Assembly (NCBI GenBank): GCA_026397235.1
Contig: JAPLVG010000014.1
Location: 1 to 58,076 of the forward strand
Length of the DNA stretch: 58,076 bases
Source: Candidatus Berkelbacteria bacterium
GTDB taxonomy: Bacteria > Patescibacteriota > UBA1384 > XYA2-FULL-43-10 > CAINNR01
Direction: 5' to 3'
The notes below the pieces were generated by a model, which saw nothing but the letters and a program-made list of their open reading frames with translations, had not been told where the DNA came from and made no database searches. Position numbers and translations under genes: made by a program. Each line of letters starts with the position of its first letter. The first letter of the stretch is position 1. Shown here one piece after another: positions 1 to 10,491 of the stretch.

Positions 1-506
1 TCTCCACAGGCCCCGATGAGGTCGGCGAGGTCATACCTCGCCCCCAACGCTCCCGCCGACACGAACTCGCCGACCGGGGCCCAGCAACGCGGCCCGGCAA
101 CGGCGACATTGCTGAGCGCCATGAAGCCGGCCGGCACCGGCTGACGCTGCCACGGGTCCTCGTTGGTGTGGAGGCTGTTGATGACCCCGTATTTCTCAGG
201 GTCGCCTCCGTACCACGAACCACTGATGACAACAGGGCCGCTGGGCGTGGCCCAGATTGCGGCCGAATAGTCCTCCTCGACTCTTCGGCACTCGCCGACC
301 CAGCCCGACTCAGTCGCCAGGTACACAGTCCGCCGGTCGGCGCTGATGTAGCGCTTACCGACCGCGACCGGCTCTGGTGACTTCTCATACCACCAGTGGC
401 AAGGTTGCCCCTGATAGTTACAGATGCCGCACAACTGGCACGGCTCTGTATCGACCATTACGACGCCGATCTCCTCCGCCTTTTGCTTCGCTGCTACTGC
501 ATTCAT
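1..506 (-). CDS. GC-rich hypothetical protein, runs off the left edge (not in ORF track)
   Basis: ATG at 506 preceded by GGGAGGTG; frame MNAVAAKQKAEEIGVVMVDTEPCQLCGIC... stays open to the window edge. Confidence 0.75.
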   Translation of the reverse strand, partial: MNAVAAKQKAEEIGVVMVDTEPCQLCGICNYQGQPCHWWYEKSPEPVAVGKRYISADRRTVYLATESGWVGECRRVEEDYSAAIWATPSGPVVISGSWYGGDPEKYGVINSLHTNEDPWQRQPVPAGFMALSNVAVAGPRCWAPVGEFVSAGALGARYDLADLIGACG

Positions 507-1592
507 CCTAATCACCTCCCAAGGTGTTCCCCGAAGGGCGCGGTGCTAGGATAGTGCACCGTCTTTTAAGATTCTCCCGCAACGAAGGCGGGGTTGTTTC
601 TCTGTCTTTCGCCTCGAGTTAGACTCAAGACGAAGGAAAAGAAACATTTTTTTGGCATCAAGAAAATAGGCATCGGCAATGCTTTGGTTAATATTTATTT
701 TAAAAAAATCTAAGGTGATTGAGCTCCCGCCAAGGCGGCGGGAGCTCCGGAATGTTGATGTCGCGCGGGGAGTGCAGTTCAGATCGAGCCCATTGGCTCT
801 CACCTGGTCCAACTCCTTCAAAGAAGGGGCTGGACGACAGAGGATTGGAGTCCTCTTACACTCCCCGGCCGGCAAGACGCTGGTGCCGGAACCGTGACTG
901 CGCTGGCGTGCTTACTAGAGTAGCAGGCGATCCTCCAAGATCCCTGAAACCCGGAGTAAGTTCACCACAAGCCAAGCTGAAGTAAAATATTTACTGCAAT
1001 TTGGCTCGTAGAACCTTCGCGGTCTTTGCTGCCAACGTGATGAAGCGGAATATCCGCTCCATCTACGCTGACAACTATAAGGTGAATGTCCATCTCATGT
1101 CCTGGCGGCAATTATGGCGTTTGCTGATCTTTTACCCACGCACCACAACAAGTTAGGGTGCGGGGCATGACTCAGCAGCCAATAATTGTTTTCCCTCCAA
1201 ATAGGCATTTCAACAGACTTATCTAAATACTCCTGAAACTTGGATAAATCTACATTCTTAACTACACGGATCTGATACACAGATTGACACTGATCAACCC
1301 AGGAAAAAAACATTTGTATGGATTCCGGATCAAGTCCGGAATGACAATCGGGTATACGCCAGTTATGGCGTGTATTCTGGCGAGATCCTTCGCTAATCGC
1401 TCAGGATGACATTTGAGTGAGCTCAATGGGTTCATGGTTTTGACTCCTGATCAAAACTCCGGTCTTGCGAGCTCATTCGCGCCAGTTTAACTGCTATTGG
1501 CAGCTAAATGGTATTTATCTATATGTTGTTAAGGTGCGAAGGCGGTTGGCTGATGTCCTGGGTTTCTCTACCGCTCTTCATCGTACACAGGC

Positions 1593-1621
1593 ATTATAGC
1601 ACAGGTCTTTTAAAATGTCAA
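1593..1621 (-). promoter_or_regulatory. Consensus sigma70 promoter firing leftward
   Basis: Minus strand TTGACA-N17-TATAAT with TG at the extended -10 position. Confidence 0.75.
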
Positions 1622-1748
1622 TAGTATAGTGACTAAATTAGCTTATTATATAAAGTTGACAAGTTGCTAATTATTCTTTATATAACGCTCGATGTTTCCA
1701 AAAACTGCATTATCAACTACATTTATTAAACAATGTGTATAAATCTAT

Positions 1749-1777
1749 TTGACAATATACTTAACATATGATAGAAT
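1749..1777 (+). promoter_or_regulatory. Sigma70 promoter of the TrmB gene, probably leaderless mRNA
   Basis: TTGACA-N17-TAGAAT; ATG 6 nt after the -10 box; no SD. Confidence 0.7.
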
Positions 1778-1783
1778 TAAACT

Positions 1784-2560
1784 ATGACAGAAAATAAATA
1801 TCAACAACTTTTCACCCAATTGGGTCTGACTGAAAATGAGGCTGTGATTTATGAAACACTCCTCAACCACGGCCAGCTTCCTATTATTGAGCTTCAAAAC
1901 TTTCATCCTGAGCTCAAGAGAACTAACCTCTATGCGCTTTTGTACTCACTTCGAGACAAGCAGTTAGTTGTTCAATCACAAAAAGGAGCGAAAACGGAGT
2001 TTCGCTTAAATGATCCTGGGCAGCTTCAATCCTTGATCTCAAAGCGCCAAGAGGAAATTGAGAGTCAAAAAGCCTTGCTAAACGCTTATCTTCCAAACTT
2101 GAACCAAACCTACCAACTCTCGAGTGAGAAACCGACTACTCGGATTCTTGAGGGCTATGAAGGCATAAAAGAGTTATATATGGATACTATTAGAGAGAAT
2201 AAACCAATTCTGTCATTTTTAGGTTTGGCTGAGGCTGATGCATCGGTTACTCGCTGGTTGCATCGTTACTACGTGGTAATGCGCAAAAAAGCAAAAATCC
2301 CTGCCAGAGTTATTGTTTCTGTTGATAAAATTGATCCGGAGACCGCAGCTTACATTAAGCGATCAAATGAGGGATTACGCCAGATTAAAATTGTGAAGAA
2401 AAAACAATTTCCTGCAGTTATAGAAGTTCAGATTTACGGCAATAAGGTTTCTTTTGCCAATTACAACAAAAAGAATGAGCTCGTCGGAGTTATTATAGAG
2501 AACAAATATATCGCTGAAACAATGCGGGGGCTATTCGAGCTCGGTTGGTCTAGTATCTGA
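1784..2560 (+). CDS. TrmB-family transcriptional regulator
   Basis: LGLTENEAVIYETLL wHTH start; EGYEGIK linker; EVQIYGNKV...FELGW C-terminal domain. Confidence 0.9.
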   Translation: MTENKYQQLFTQLGLTENEAVIYETLLNHGQLPIIELQNFHPELKRTNLYALLYSLRDKQLVVQSQKGAKTEFRLNDPGQLQSLISKRQEEIESQKALLNAYLPNLNQTYQLSSEKPTTRILEGYEGIKELYMDTIRENKPILSFLGLAEADASVTRWLHRYYVVMRKKAKIPARVIVSVDKIDPETAAYIKRSNEGLRQIKIVKKKQFPAVIEVQIYGNKVSFANYNKKNELVGVIIENKYIAETMRGLFELGWSSI

Positions 2561-4081
2561 CTTTTGCATTTGCTGACTAACCATTTCTTCTAGTTGTTCT
2601 TTGGTGTGCGGTTTTTCGGCAACAAACATATTCTCTTTAATCACCAGCACCTCACCCTGCTCATTCTTAGCACTGACAAAATAGTTCTTTATTTTCAAAA
2701 AGGAGAACCCGGCTTCTTCCATGACTTGTTGGATTTCTCTATTACTCGGCAGGTAGCGGGGAACGGCGACTTCTTCGGAGTCGCTGGTGAGTGCACCTTC
2801 CTGTTTTGATGGAGCGTCAAACAAAGTTCCCAAAGGATACGGTTTATAGTTTGGATCCTGGCGTTTTTTCCCGAGTTCTGAAGCGTAATGGGCGGCGATT
2901 GCTTCAAAGTATGGCCCAAAATTGCGATCCGGCATTTCTATAATAATTCTGCCCCCGGGTTGAAGATTTTGGTAAATATTTTTCAGCACCTGAAGTTCTC
3001 CGTCGTGCGTTCCGGCAAAACCGAAGGTATGCCACATAATAATTGCTACATCAGCGGGTTCTGAGCCAAATCTTTTTTCATATTCCACTTGATCAAGTTC
3101 GAAGAAGTCTCCAACCGCGCCGTTTATGTGTTCGGGAATATTTTCCACATCCCGTTCGAAATCGTCGCTGATTGAATTGATTTTCTCAAATACCCCAATA
3201 CTGGTATTTAAAAGTGAGTTTGTCGTCGCTACTTTGCCGTGCTGGTGGATGGTACCGACTTGCTCAATGTAATCTTGAGAAAACCGCTCTGCTCTAGCCG
3301 CTAGGCCAGCGATCATCTTGTCAGAAATATCCAAAGCATTAACTTGGTGGCCAAGAGCGGCGAGAGGAATTGCCACCCTTCCGTCTCCGCAGCCAATATC
3401 CAGAACAGTCAAAGCATAATCCGGCTTTGTTTCGTATGCTTCAGGAATTAAGTTTTCCAATGCCGTTGCTGTGTTGGTGGTTTTGCCTTCATATTCTTGA
3501 AGGTTGATTTCACTCATTATCTTTTCTTGTCCGGCAGCAACTTCGCCCGGTTCAATTGGTCTATATTTAGTCGGATCAAAAACTTGTTCGTCGTAGTATG
3601 GGTTGCTAGTAAATCGATGGAGAATAAATTGACATTTAATAAAAGACTCAGGTATTCTAGGTGGTATAAGAACAAGCATTAATTCTCTATTAAATTCGCG
3701 CAAAATTGACCAGCGGCCTTTGGCAGTCAAATCCTCGTGATACTCGCCTGCAAAGATACCTCTGGTGATTTCATGAGATTGAGTCACAATGTTTTGAAAT
3801 ACTATCATCGCCTCATGGCTGGCTGATTGATTCGACAACATTTCCTCGATTGCTTGTCTCACCGCGCCCGCTAGTCTTCGCGACTCGGCCGATTCTCCGT
3901 TTAATCTTTCTCGCCAAAATTCCGAGTTTTCATCACTTTCGTCGTTTTCGAGTTTTTCAGTTTCTTGTAACCAACTCAAATAACTCCCTTTTACTTTTTC
4001 TGGAGAGAAATCATTGACGACTGGTTCGTCTTTTGGGTCTTCTATCTCCGTAGTATCAAATTTTGGTAATGCTTCACCCAT
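2531..4081 (-). CDS. Class I SAM-dependent methyltransferase with long acidic N-terminal region
   Basis: VLDIGCGDGR motif I, ALDIS, LQPGGRIII. Confidence 0.85.
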   Translation of the reverse strand: MGEALPKFDTTEIEDPKDEPVVNDFSPEKVKGSYLSWLQETEKLENDESDENSEFWRERLNGESAESRRLAGAVRQAIEEMLSNQSASHEAMIVFQNIVTQSHEITRGIFAGEYHEDLTAKGRWSILREFNRELMLVLIPPRIPESFIKCQFILHRFTSNPYYDEQVFDPTKYRPIEPGEVAAGQEKIMSEINLQEYEGKTTNTATALENLIPEAYETKPDYALTVLDIGCGDGRVAIPLAALGHQVNALDISDKMIAGLAARAERFSQDYIEQVGTIHQHGKVATTNSLLNTSIGVFEKINSISDDFERDVENIPEHINGAVGDFFELDQVEYEKRFGSEPADVAIIMWHTFGFAGTHDGELQVLKNIYQNLQPGGRIIIEMPDRNFGPYFEAIAAHYASELGKKRQDPNYKPYPLGTLFDAPSKQEGALTSDSEEVAVPRYLPSNREIQQVMEEAGFSFLKIKNYFVSAKNEQGEVLVIKENMFVAEKPHTKEQLEEMVSQQMQKSDTRPTELE

Positions 4082-4151
4082 ATTTTTTGGAAAATTAATA
4101 TTTTTTCCATTATAACATTTTGAATTTTTTTAGTTATGATAAAATAGGAGT

Positions 4152-4634
4152 ATGAACGATTCAAACTTCACATTCAAAGGGCAGCGGTCGGATGAGAGGG
4201 TTTTTAATGTTGTTCGGCGCCATCCGATAGTTTTCTTTTGGCCGTTGTTGGAAGCAACACTAGCACTGGCAGTAGCTATTATCGTGCTGATTTATTTTGA
4301 TTTTGGTAACTTATTCTATATTGTTGGCGGATTGGCAATATTATTTATTTTCGCCGTCATTGCCAAGGTCTGGTTTATTTACTCGAACAGTTTTTGTCTA
4401 ATCACCAACCAAAGGGTGATAAATGTTGATCAGCGTAATTTTTTCGACCGGCGTATCACCGAAACCGAATACGCCAAAATTCAAGATGTAACAAACACAA
4501 CGACTGGAATGCTGGGAACGTCGCTAAATTTCGGCGAAATAGTCATCCAGACTGCGGGCAAAGAGAACAAACTGACAATCAAGTATATTCCTGATCCATA
4601 TCAAGTCCAGCAAGAAATTACTAAAAATATTTAG
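4152..4634 (+). CDS. Membrane protein with bacterial PH (bPH_2-like) domain
   Basis: Two TM segments, then ITNQRVI...KIQDVT...LNFGEIVIQTAG. Confidence 0.8.
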   Translation: MNDSNFTFKGQRSDERVFNVVRRHPIVFFWPLLEATLALAVAIIVLIYFDFGNLFYIVGGLAILFIFAVIAKVWFIYSNSFCLITNQRVINVDQRNFFDRRITETEYAKIQDVTNTTTGMLGTSLNFGEIVIQTAGKENKLTIKYIPDPYQVQQEITKNI

Positions 4635-4642
4635 GAGCATTA

Positions 4643-5244
4643 ATGGTGAAAGTTGATATTGAATACTCGAATCTTTCAGGGCGAGATTTAGAAATGGCAG
4701 AGAATTTTTCCTCTGTCAGCCAAATGGGGGGGGCAGAAACCTCAGAAGAGGATCCCAAAGAATCGGATCCGAAAAATTTGTTGGCGGATTTTGAAAAATC
4801 TAAACCGCTAAAAAGTTTTATAAAGGACCGAATGCAATCGCTACCGGCTTTTAAGGGCAGAAAGAGATCGGAAATAGCCAATGAGGAAATTCAACAAGAG
4901 ATAGAATTTGCCAGAGAAACTGATGGTTATAAAAATTTATTGATGAAATATTTCCAAACAGAAGGTGATCCGCTGAAGAATTTATTGATGAGATTGAAGA
5001 TTATTGGGCATTTATAGTTTATGAACGAAGAGTTTCTGATAAACATGGACCGGAAGTTAAACACGAAAATGATTTAGAGCGAAGCAGACGACATATGCGT
5101 GCTGCGAGACAACTTTGTAAAGATGGTGTTGCCCCAAATGATAAAATTGCCAGACTAATTGTCCACTTTTTATCAATAGATCAAGGATATGACGATTTAG
5201 ACTTCTTGCGTGATGAAAATCGTCGAGCTTTAACACTTCAATAA
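4643..5244 (+). pseudogene. Frameshifted hypothetical gene (or assembly indel)
   Basis: ORF 4643..5017 continues in the -1 frame from about 4972 (AEEFIDEIEDYWAF...ALTLQ) to TAA at 5242-5244. Confidence 0.65.
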
Positions 5245-5291
5245 AAAGATTGCCGTGCTTTTCGCTTTACTTAATGGCTCGCAATGACAAT

Positions 5292-8200
5292 TCAAGAAAT
5301 ATTTTCTTTTCCAACTATCTCTTTTAATTTTCGCTTAACAACCGGGCTTATGTCAATGCGGTTTTTTATTTTGATTTCCTCCCAACCGGAACCATTTTTT
5401 GGTACTTTTATAATTACCGGACTTGTACCAGAGTGAAGCGCAAGTATGGCTTTAATGTCCTTTAAAATTTTTGGTTCTGAACCACGAGGTATGGTGATTT
5501 GCAGTGTCTCTGGTTTGATATCAATTGGGGAAGAAATTGTAGAATTGCTGAATTGTTGAATTGCTGGGTTCGCGTCGCGATTGTTTCCCCAATTATTCAA
5601 TTTTTTCTTGCCGCGTGGGACAAATTCCGGGATTTTATCATCTCCCACAGAGTCACCTGACGGAAGACCAACAGGGAATATCTCTTCAGCTAAAATCTTC
5701 AGTTCGCCATCTTTATTGCTGACATAACCATCAACAACGATAACTTGATCTGGGGTGAATATCGTTGGCGTGGCAGCAAATATCTTCGGAAAAACCAAAA
5801 CCTCAATATTCTTGGTTTGATCCTCGACTTTAATAAACGCCATTTTCTGGCTGTTTTTCTTAGTAATAATTTCCTGAACATTAGCAATAATTCCAGCAAT
5901 GCGGACAAATTGGTTCTCCATTTCGGCTGAAACTTCAATGATTTTTTTCTGCTGATGAGGTTCTATCAACGGCGCAATTTCTGACAGCGGATGTTCGGAA
6001 ACATACATACCCAAAAGCTCTCGCTCCCAAGCCAGGCGCTGTTTTTTGTCTGCCGGTTGGGTGGCTTCAAACTCAATTTTTGCCGTCTCAATAATGTCGG
6101 CGGCGAAAAGCGATGATTGATTCGTATCACGATTTTTTTTGACGCCAGCAGCAAACGCCAACATTCGCTCCATATTAAAAATCAACTCATTACGTTCAGC
6201 TAAATCATCAAGGGCACCGGCCATTGACAGCGCTTCGAGGGATTTTTTATTTATAACTTTCGGTCCCAACCGAGTGAGAAGTTCCGCAATGTCTTTATAT
6301 TTACCATTATTTTTGCGGTCTTCGACAATCTCTTCGGCAACTGCAGCACCGACATGTTTTATTGCCGAAAGACCAAAGCGGACATTGCCGGTTTCTTTAA
6401 CCACGCCAAAATCAACAAAGGATTCATTAACAGATGGTGGCAGAACGGCGATCCCCATCCGTTTGCACTCCTCAATTTCCATTGCCAATTTATCCAAGTC
6501 ATCTTTATTTGATGTCATTAGCGCTGACATATATTCCGGCGGAAAGTTGGATTTCAAATAAGCGGTTTGGTAGGCAACCAAGGCGTAACTAGCGGCGTGA
6601 GCCTTGTTAAAACCGTAACCAGCAAAGGTCTCTATTTGATTCCAAAGTTCGTTAGTTGTTGATTCGCTCATTCCGCGTTCAATAATTTGGCGGAAAAATT
6701 TATCTTTTTGCGCCGCCATTTCTTTGACGATTTTTTTACCAATGGCTTTGCGAAATTTGTCGACTTCTTCCCAGTTGTAGCCGGCAAGTTCAATGGCAAT
6801 CATTAAAACGTCATCTTGATAAACAATCAAGCCGAGCGATTGTTTGAGAACGGCTTCCAGTCTCGGGTCAGCATATTTTATTCGCCCGGGATTATGTTTT
6901 CTGGCCACATATTCGGGAATAAAGGACATTGGTCCGGGGCGGTAAAGTGCGACCATGGCCATGATGTCTAAAATGGTAGTTGGTCGCAACTCTTTGATAT
7001 TTTTCCTCATGCCTTCGGATTCCAGCTGGAAGACACCAATTGTTTCTCCTCGGGATAACATTTCGTAGGTTTTTTTATCGTCAAGCGGAATTTCATCCAA
7101 AATTACTTTAACCTCGCGGGTTTTGGCAACAATTTTAATCACATTTTGAATAATCGAAAGGTTTGCTAAGCCCAAAAAATCCATCTTAATTAAGCCAATC
7201 CCATCCTCTCCAACGGCGTGCATCTCGTATTGGGTAATCAACCGGCCGCCCTTGGCATCCATCATCACCGGCGTGTAGTTAGTAATTTCTTCTGGCGCAA
7301 TTACTACTCCGGCGGCATGAACTGATGCGTGACGAACAACACCCTCCAATTTTCTAGCAATATCGATGCATTGTTTTACCCGCGGATCGGAATCATATAA
7401 ATTCCGCAGTTCGGAAACTTCCTTCAAGGCTTTGTCCAAAGTAGTTTTTAGTGGTGGAATTAATTTAGCGATGATATCAACTTCGGAGTAACTCATACCC
7501 AAAACCCGGCCGACATCGCGAACTGCCATTCTGGCGGCCATGGTTCCAAAAGTGATAATTTGCGCCACGTGATCTTTGCCGTACTTGTTGGAAACATAGC
7601 GAATAATTTCGTCGCGGCCGGCATCAGCAATATCGGCGTCAATATCAGGCGCAGATGGACGATATGGATTTAAAAACCGCTCAAACGGCAAATTATAATC
7701 AAAAGGATTGAGTTGTTTACCAGTAATTCCCAGTGCGTAAGAAATAAAACAGCCGGCAGCCGAGCCCCTGGTGTTAGTTGGGATACCTTGCTGCTTGGCG
7801 AAGTGGAAGAAGTCCTGAACAATCAAAAAATATCCCAAATATCCTTTATCTTTTATAACCTTAAATTCATAATCAATTCTATCTTGTATTTCGGACGTTA
7901 TTTCTGGTACAACGTTTGGTAATCGTTCGTCGATTAGCTTTCGTAGATATGTTTCGTAGGTCTCACCCTCAGGTAATGGAAACTCCGGAAATTGAAATTT
8001 GCCCAGCTCAATTTTGACATCGCACTTTTCCATCACCTCCAGCGTGTTGGTTAAAACCTCCGGATGATCGGGAAAATTTGCTGACATTTGGGCCTGGGTT
8101 AGTAGTGAGTAATCATCACCGGTCATTGTCATACGGTTAGCGTCAGTTACCAATTTTCCGGTTTGCAAGCAAATTAGGGCGTCGTGGGCAATATTGTCAT

Positions 8201-8858
8201 CGGAATTAACATAATGTGGATCATTGGTAGCGACAACCTTTAGCCCGAACTCCTGCGCCAACTTGAAAATATTTTCATTGGCTTGTTTTTGCTCCGGAAC
8301 GGTATTCGGGTGATGTTGAACCTCCAAATAAAGATCATCCTTGGAAAAAATTTTCAGATACTCTTTGACTGCTTTCCGGCCTTCTTCTATATTTTCTAAC
8401 GATTTGCGTGGAATCTCACCCTGAACACAGGCGGAGCAGGCGATTAGTCCTTCGGAGTATTGTTTTAAAAGTTTTTTATCAACTCTTGGCTTGTAGTAAT
8501 AACCATCCAAGTGAGCAAACGATGTTAGCTTCATTAAATTGCGATAGCCGGTGTCGTTTTTGGCAAGTAAAATTAAATGATAAGCGGAGGAATCGACTCG
8601 TGGCTGCTTATCTTTCATAGACCGTGGCGCCACATATGCCTCCATCCCCAGGATCGGCTTAATGCCTTGTTTGGTGCACTGTTCATAAAATTCAACAATG
8701 CCGTGCATCACGCCGTGATCGGTCAGTGCCAGAGCTGGCTGTCCGTCGTTCTTAGCTTTGGCCACCAAATCAGGAATCTTACCCATGCCGTCGAGCATAG
8801 AAAAATGAGAGTGAACGTGGAGATGGACAAAATCTACTTTTAGTTTTTCTTCTGACAT
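5292..8858 (-). CDS. dnaE: DNA polymerase III alpha subunit
   Basis: HLHVHS PHP domain, RGSAAG, PDIDAD, KMDFLGL, YGFNKAHA; start moved to ATG 8858 (MSEEK). Confidence 0.97.
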   Translation of the reverse strand: MSEEKLKVDFVHLHVHSHFSMLDGMGKIPDLVAKAKNDGQPALALTDHGVMHGIVEFYEQCTKQGIKPILGMEAYVAPRSMKDKQPRVDSSAYHLILLAKNDTGYRNLMKLTSFAHLDGYYYKPRVDKKLLKQYSEGLIACSACVQGEIPRKSLENIEEGRKAVKEYLKIFSKDDLYLEVQHHPNTVPEQKQANENIFKLAQEFGLKVVATNDPHYVNSDDNIAHDALICLQTGKLVTDANRMTMTGDDYSLLTQAQMSANFPDHPEVLTNTLEVMEKCDVKIELGKFQFPEFPLPEGETYETYLRKLIDERLPNVVPEITSEIQDRIDYEFKVIKDKGYLGYFLIVQDFFHFAKQQGIPTNTRGSAAGCFISYALGITGKQLNPFDYNLPFERFLNPYRPSAPDIDADIADAGRDEIIRYVSNKYGKDHVAQIITFGTMAARMAVRDVGRVLGMSYSEVDIIAKLIPPLKTTLDKALKEVSELRNLYDSDPRVKQCIDIARKLEGVVRHASVHAAGVVIAPEEITNYTPVMMDAKGGRLITQYEMHAVGEDGIGLIKMDFLGLANLSIIQNVIKIVAKTREVKVILDEIPLDDKKTYEMLSRGETIGVFQLESEGMRKNIKELRPTTILDIMAMVALYRPGPMSFIPEYVARKHNPGRIKYADPRLEAVLKQSLGLIVYQDDVLMIAIELAGYNWEEVDKFRKAIGKKIVKEMAAQKDKFFRQIIERGMSESTTNELWNQIETFAGYGFNKAHAASYALVAYQTAYLKSNFPPEYMSALMTSNKDDLDKLAMEIEECKRMGIAVLPPSVNESFVDFGVVKETGNVRFGLSAIKHVGAAVAEEIVEDRKNNGKYKDIAELLTRLGPKVINKKSLEALSMAGALDDLAERNELIFNMERMLAFAAGVKKNRDTNQSSLFAADIIETAKIEFEATQPADKKQRLAWERELLGMYVSEHPLSEIAPLIEPHQQKKIIEVSAEMENQFVRIAGIIANVQEIITKKNSQKMAFIKVEDQTKNIEVLVFPKIFAATPTIFTPDQVIVVDGYVSNKDGELKILAEEIFPVGLPSGDSVGDDKIPEFVPRGKKKLNNWGNNRDANPAIQQFSNSTISSPIDIKPETLQITIPRGSEPKILKDIKAILALHSGTSPVIIKVPKNGSGWEEIKIKNRIDISPVVKRKLKEIVGKENIS

Positions 8859-8897
8859 AATGACAAAAATATCCTTTTCTGGTAATGTAAACGAGAT

Positions 8898-10196
8898 ATG
8901 GAAAGTTACTATTTTATTCTTGGTCGGGAAAATAAAATCAGCCAAACAGAACTTCAGTGCGTTTTGGCTAGTTTTGATTTTTATTTCGAAGAAATAACCC
9001 CTCGTAGCTCAAGCGAAGCGAAGAGCGAAGTGGGGTGTAAATCCATCTCTATCTTATCTGATCAAGTTTTAGAGATCAAACTTGTTGCAAGTAGAGATCA
9101 AGTCAAAAATTTAATAGATATCCTTGGCGGCACAGTGAAAATTTATCAGAAAATCGCTTCCAGCAATGAAAAAATTGAATCACTACTGTCCGGCGAAAAC
9201 AAATCATCAAAAATAATTTTTGGTCTTTCAAATTACTCTGGAGCGAAGCTTGATACTTTCAGAATGGCATTATCAGCCAAAAAAGCGGCGAAAAAATCAA
9301 TTCGGATTATCAATGGAAAAGAGGACGACAAACTTTCTAGCGCCCAATCATTTCAATACAAAATGGACATTGATAATGTTGAATATGGTGTATTTGAAAC
9401 TGGAATTGGCAAATTAATCGCAGTGCAAAATATTAACGAGTGGACTCGCCACGATTATGGCAAGCCAAAATCCGACGCTAAATCGGGGATGCTGCCGCCT
9501 AAATTGGCCAGAATGATGGTGAATTTGGCAATCGGGCAAGCCGGAATTAAGAATAATGAATCAGGAATTATGAATGAAAACCATAATTCAGCATTCGGTA
9601 TTCATAATTCATGCCTTGTTGTTGACCCTTTCTGTGGCTCGGGCAATGTCTTGATTGAGGCAATTTCTATCGGTTGTGAAGTTGTTGGTTCTGATTTGTC
9701 AGAAAAGGCAGTATCTGACTCAAAAGCTAATTTGGAATGGTTCCTTGACTGTCATTCCCGACCTGATCGGGAATCCACAAATAGTTTGGTAGATTCCCGC
9801 CTTCGCGGGAATGACATTGTTGTTGCTGATGCCACGAAATTTGATTTTTCCACCATCGACCAGGATTTTGTTATCGCGACGGAGCCGTTTTTGGGTCAAC
9901 CACGAAATTCAAAACTTAGGATTGAAGAGGAGAAAGAGGTTAAAGAAGATACAAAACGATTATATTTGGATTTTTTGAAGAATCTGCAAAGTGCCGGCAG
10001 TAAACTACAAACTATAGCAATAGTTTTTCCGCTCTTCGAACTGGCCAACGGGAAAAAATTGTCAATTTTTGACCATTGTGTTGACTTTATCCGTGATATC
10101 GGCTATACTCTGATATATCCGCCTATGGAATATGGGCGTGAATATCAGATCGTAAAGCGACAAATCGTTATATTAAAGCTATCAGCTGACAGCTAA
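8898..10196 (+). CDS. Trm11/RlmL-like SAM-dependent RNA methyltransferase with repeat-derived insertions
   Basis: GMLPPKLARMMVN, VDPFCGSGNVLIEA, IATEPFLG. Confidence 0.8.
   Translation: MESYYFILGRENKISQTELQCVLASFDFYFEEITPRSSSEAKSEVGCKSISILSDQVLEIKLVASRDQVKNLIDILGGTVKIYQKIASSNEKIESLLSGENKSSKIIFGLSNYSGAKLDTFRMALSAKKAAKKSIRIINGKEDDKLSSAQSFQYKMDIDNVEYGVFETGIGKLIAVQNINEWTRHDYGKPKSDAKSGMLPPKLARMMVNLAIGQAGIKNNESGIMNENHNSAFGIHNSCLVVDPFCGSGNVLIEAISIGCEVVGSDLSEKAVSDSKANLEWFLDCHSRPDRESTNSLVDSRLRGNDIVVADATKFDFSTIDQDFVIATEPFLGQPRNSKLRIEEEKEVKEDTKRLYLDFLKNLQSAGSKLQTIAIVFPLFELANGKKLSIFDHCVDFIRDIGYTLIYPPMEYGREYQIVKRQIVILKLSADS
9750..9816. repeat. TGTCAT-footed double-hairpin REP-like element, in frame inside a CDS
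   Basis: 63/66 identical to the intergenic copy at 10492..10557; contains two ATTCCC-N8-GGGAAT palindromes. Confidence 0.9.
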
Positions 10197-10217
10197 TAGC
10201 TATTAGCTTAAAGAAAA

Positions 10218-10490
10218 ATGGCACATAAGAAAGCTGGCGGTAGTACAAGTTTAGGACGGGATAGCGTCTCCAAGCGACTCGGAGTCAAGCTTTTTGGTGG
10301 TGAGAAAATTGTTGCGGGTAACATTATTATTCGACAAAAAGGCACCAAATATCTTGCTGGTGACAATGTCGGTGAGGGCAATGATCGAACGCTTTATGCC
10401 AAAAAAGATGGCGTTGTGAAATTTTCCGAAGTTAGAAAAAAGACTTTTTCCGGTTCCGGTGTCAAAAAAACCAAAGTGACAATTGTATAA
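10218..10490 (+). CDS. rpmA: 50S ribosomal protein L27
   Basis: [20 protein letters not shown]. Confidence 0.98.
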   Translation: MAHKKAGGSTSLGRDSVSKRLGVKLFGGEKIVAGNIIIRQKGTKYLAGDNVGEGNDRTLYAKKDGVVKFSEVRKKTFSGSGVKKTKVTIV

Positions 10491-10491
10491 T

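Noticed and set aside
168..985. ORF-track calls 168..380, 546..875, 679..897 and 719..985
   Set aside because: No SD or recognisable protein features; the first is antisense to the better minus-strand ORF starting at 506
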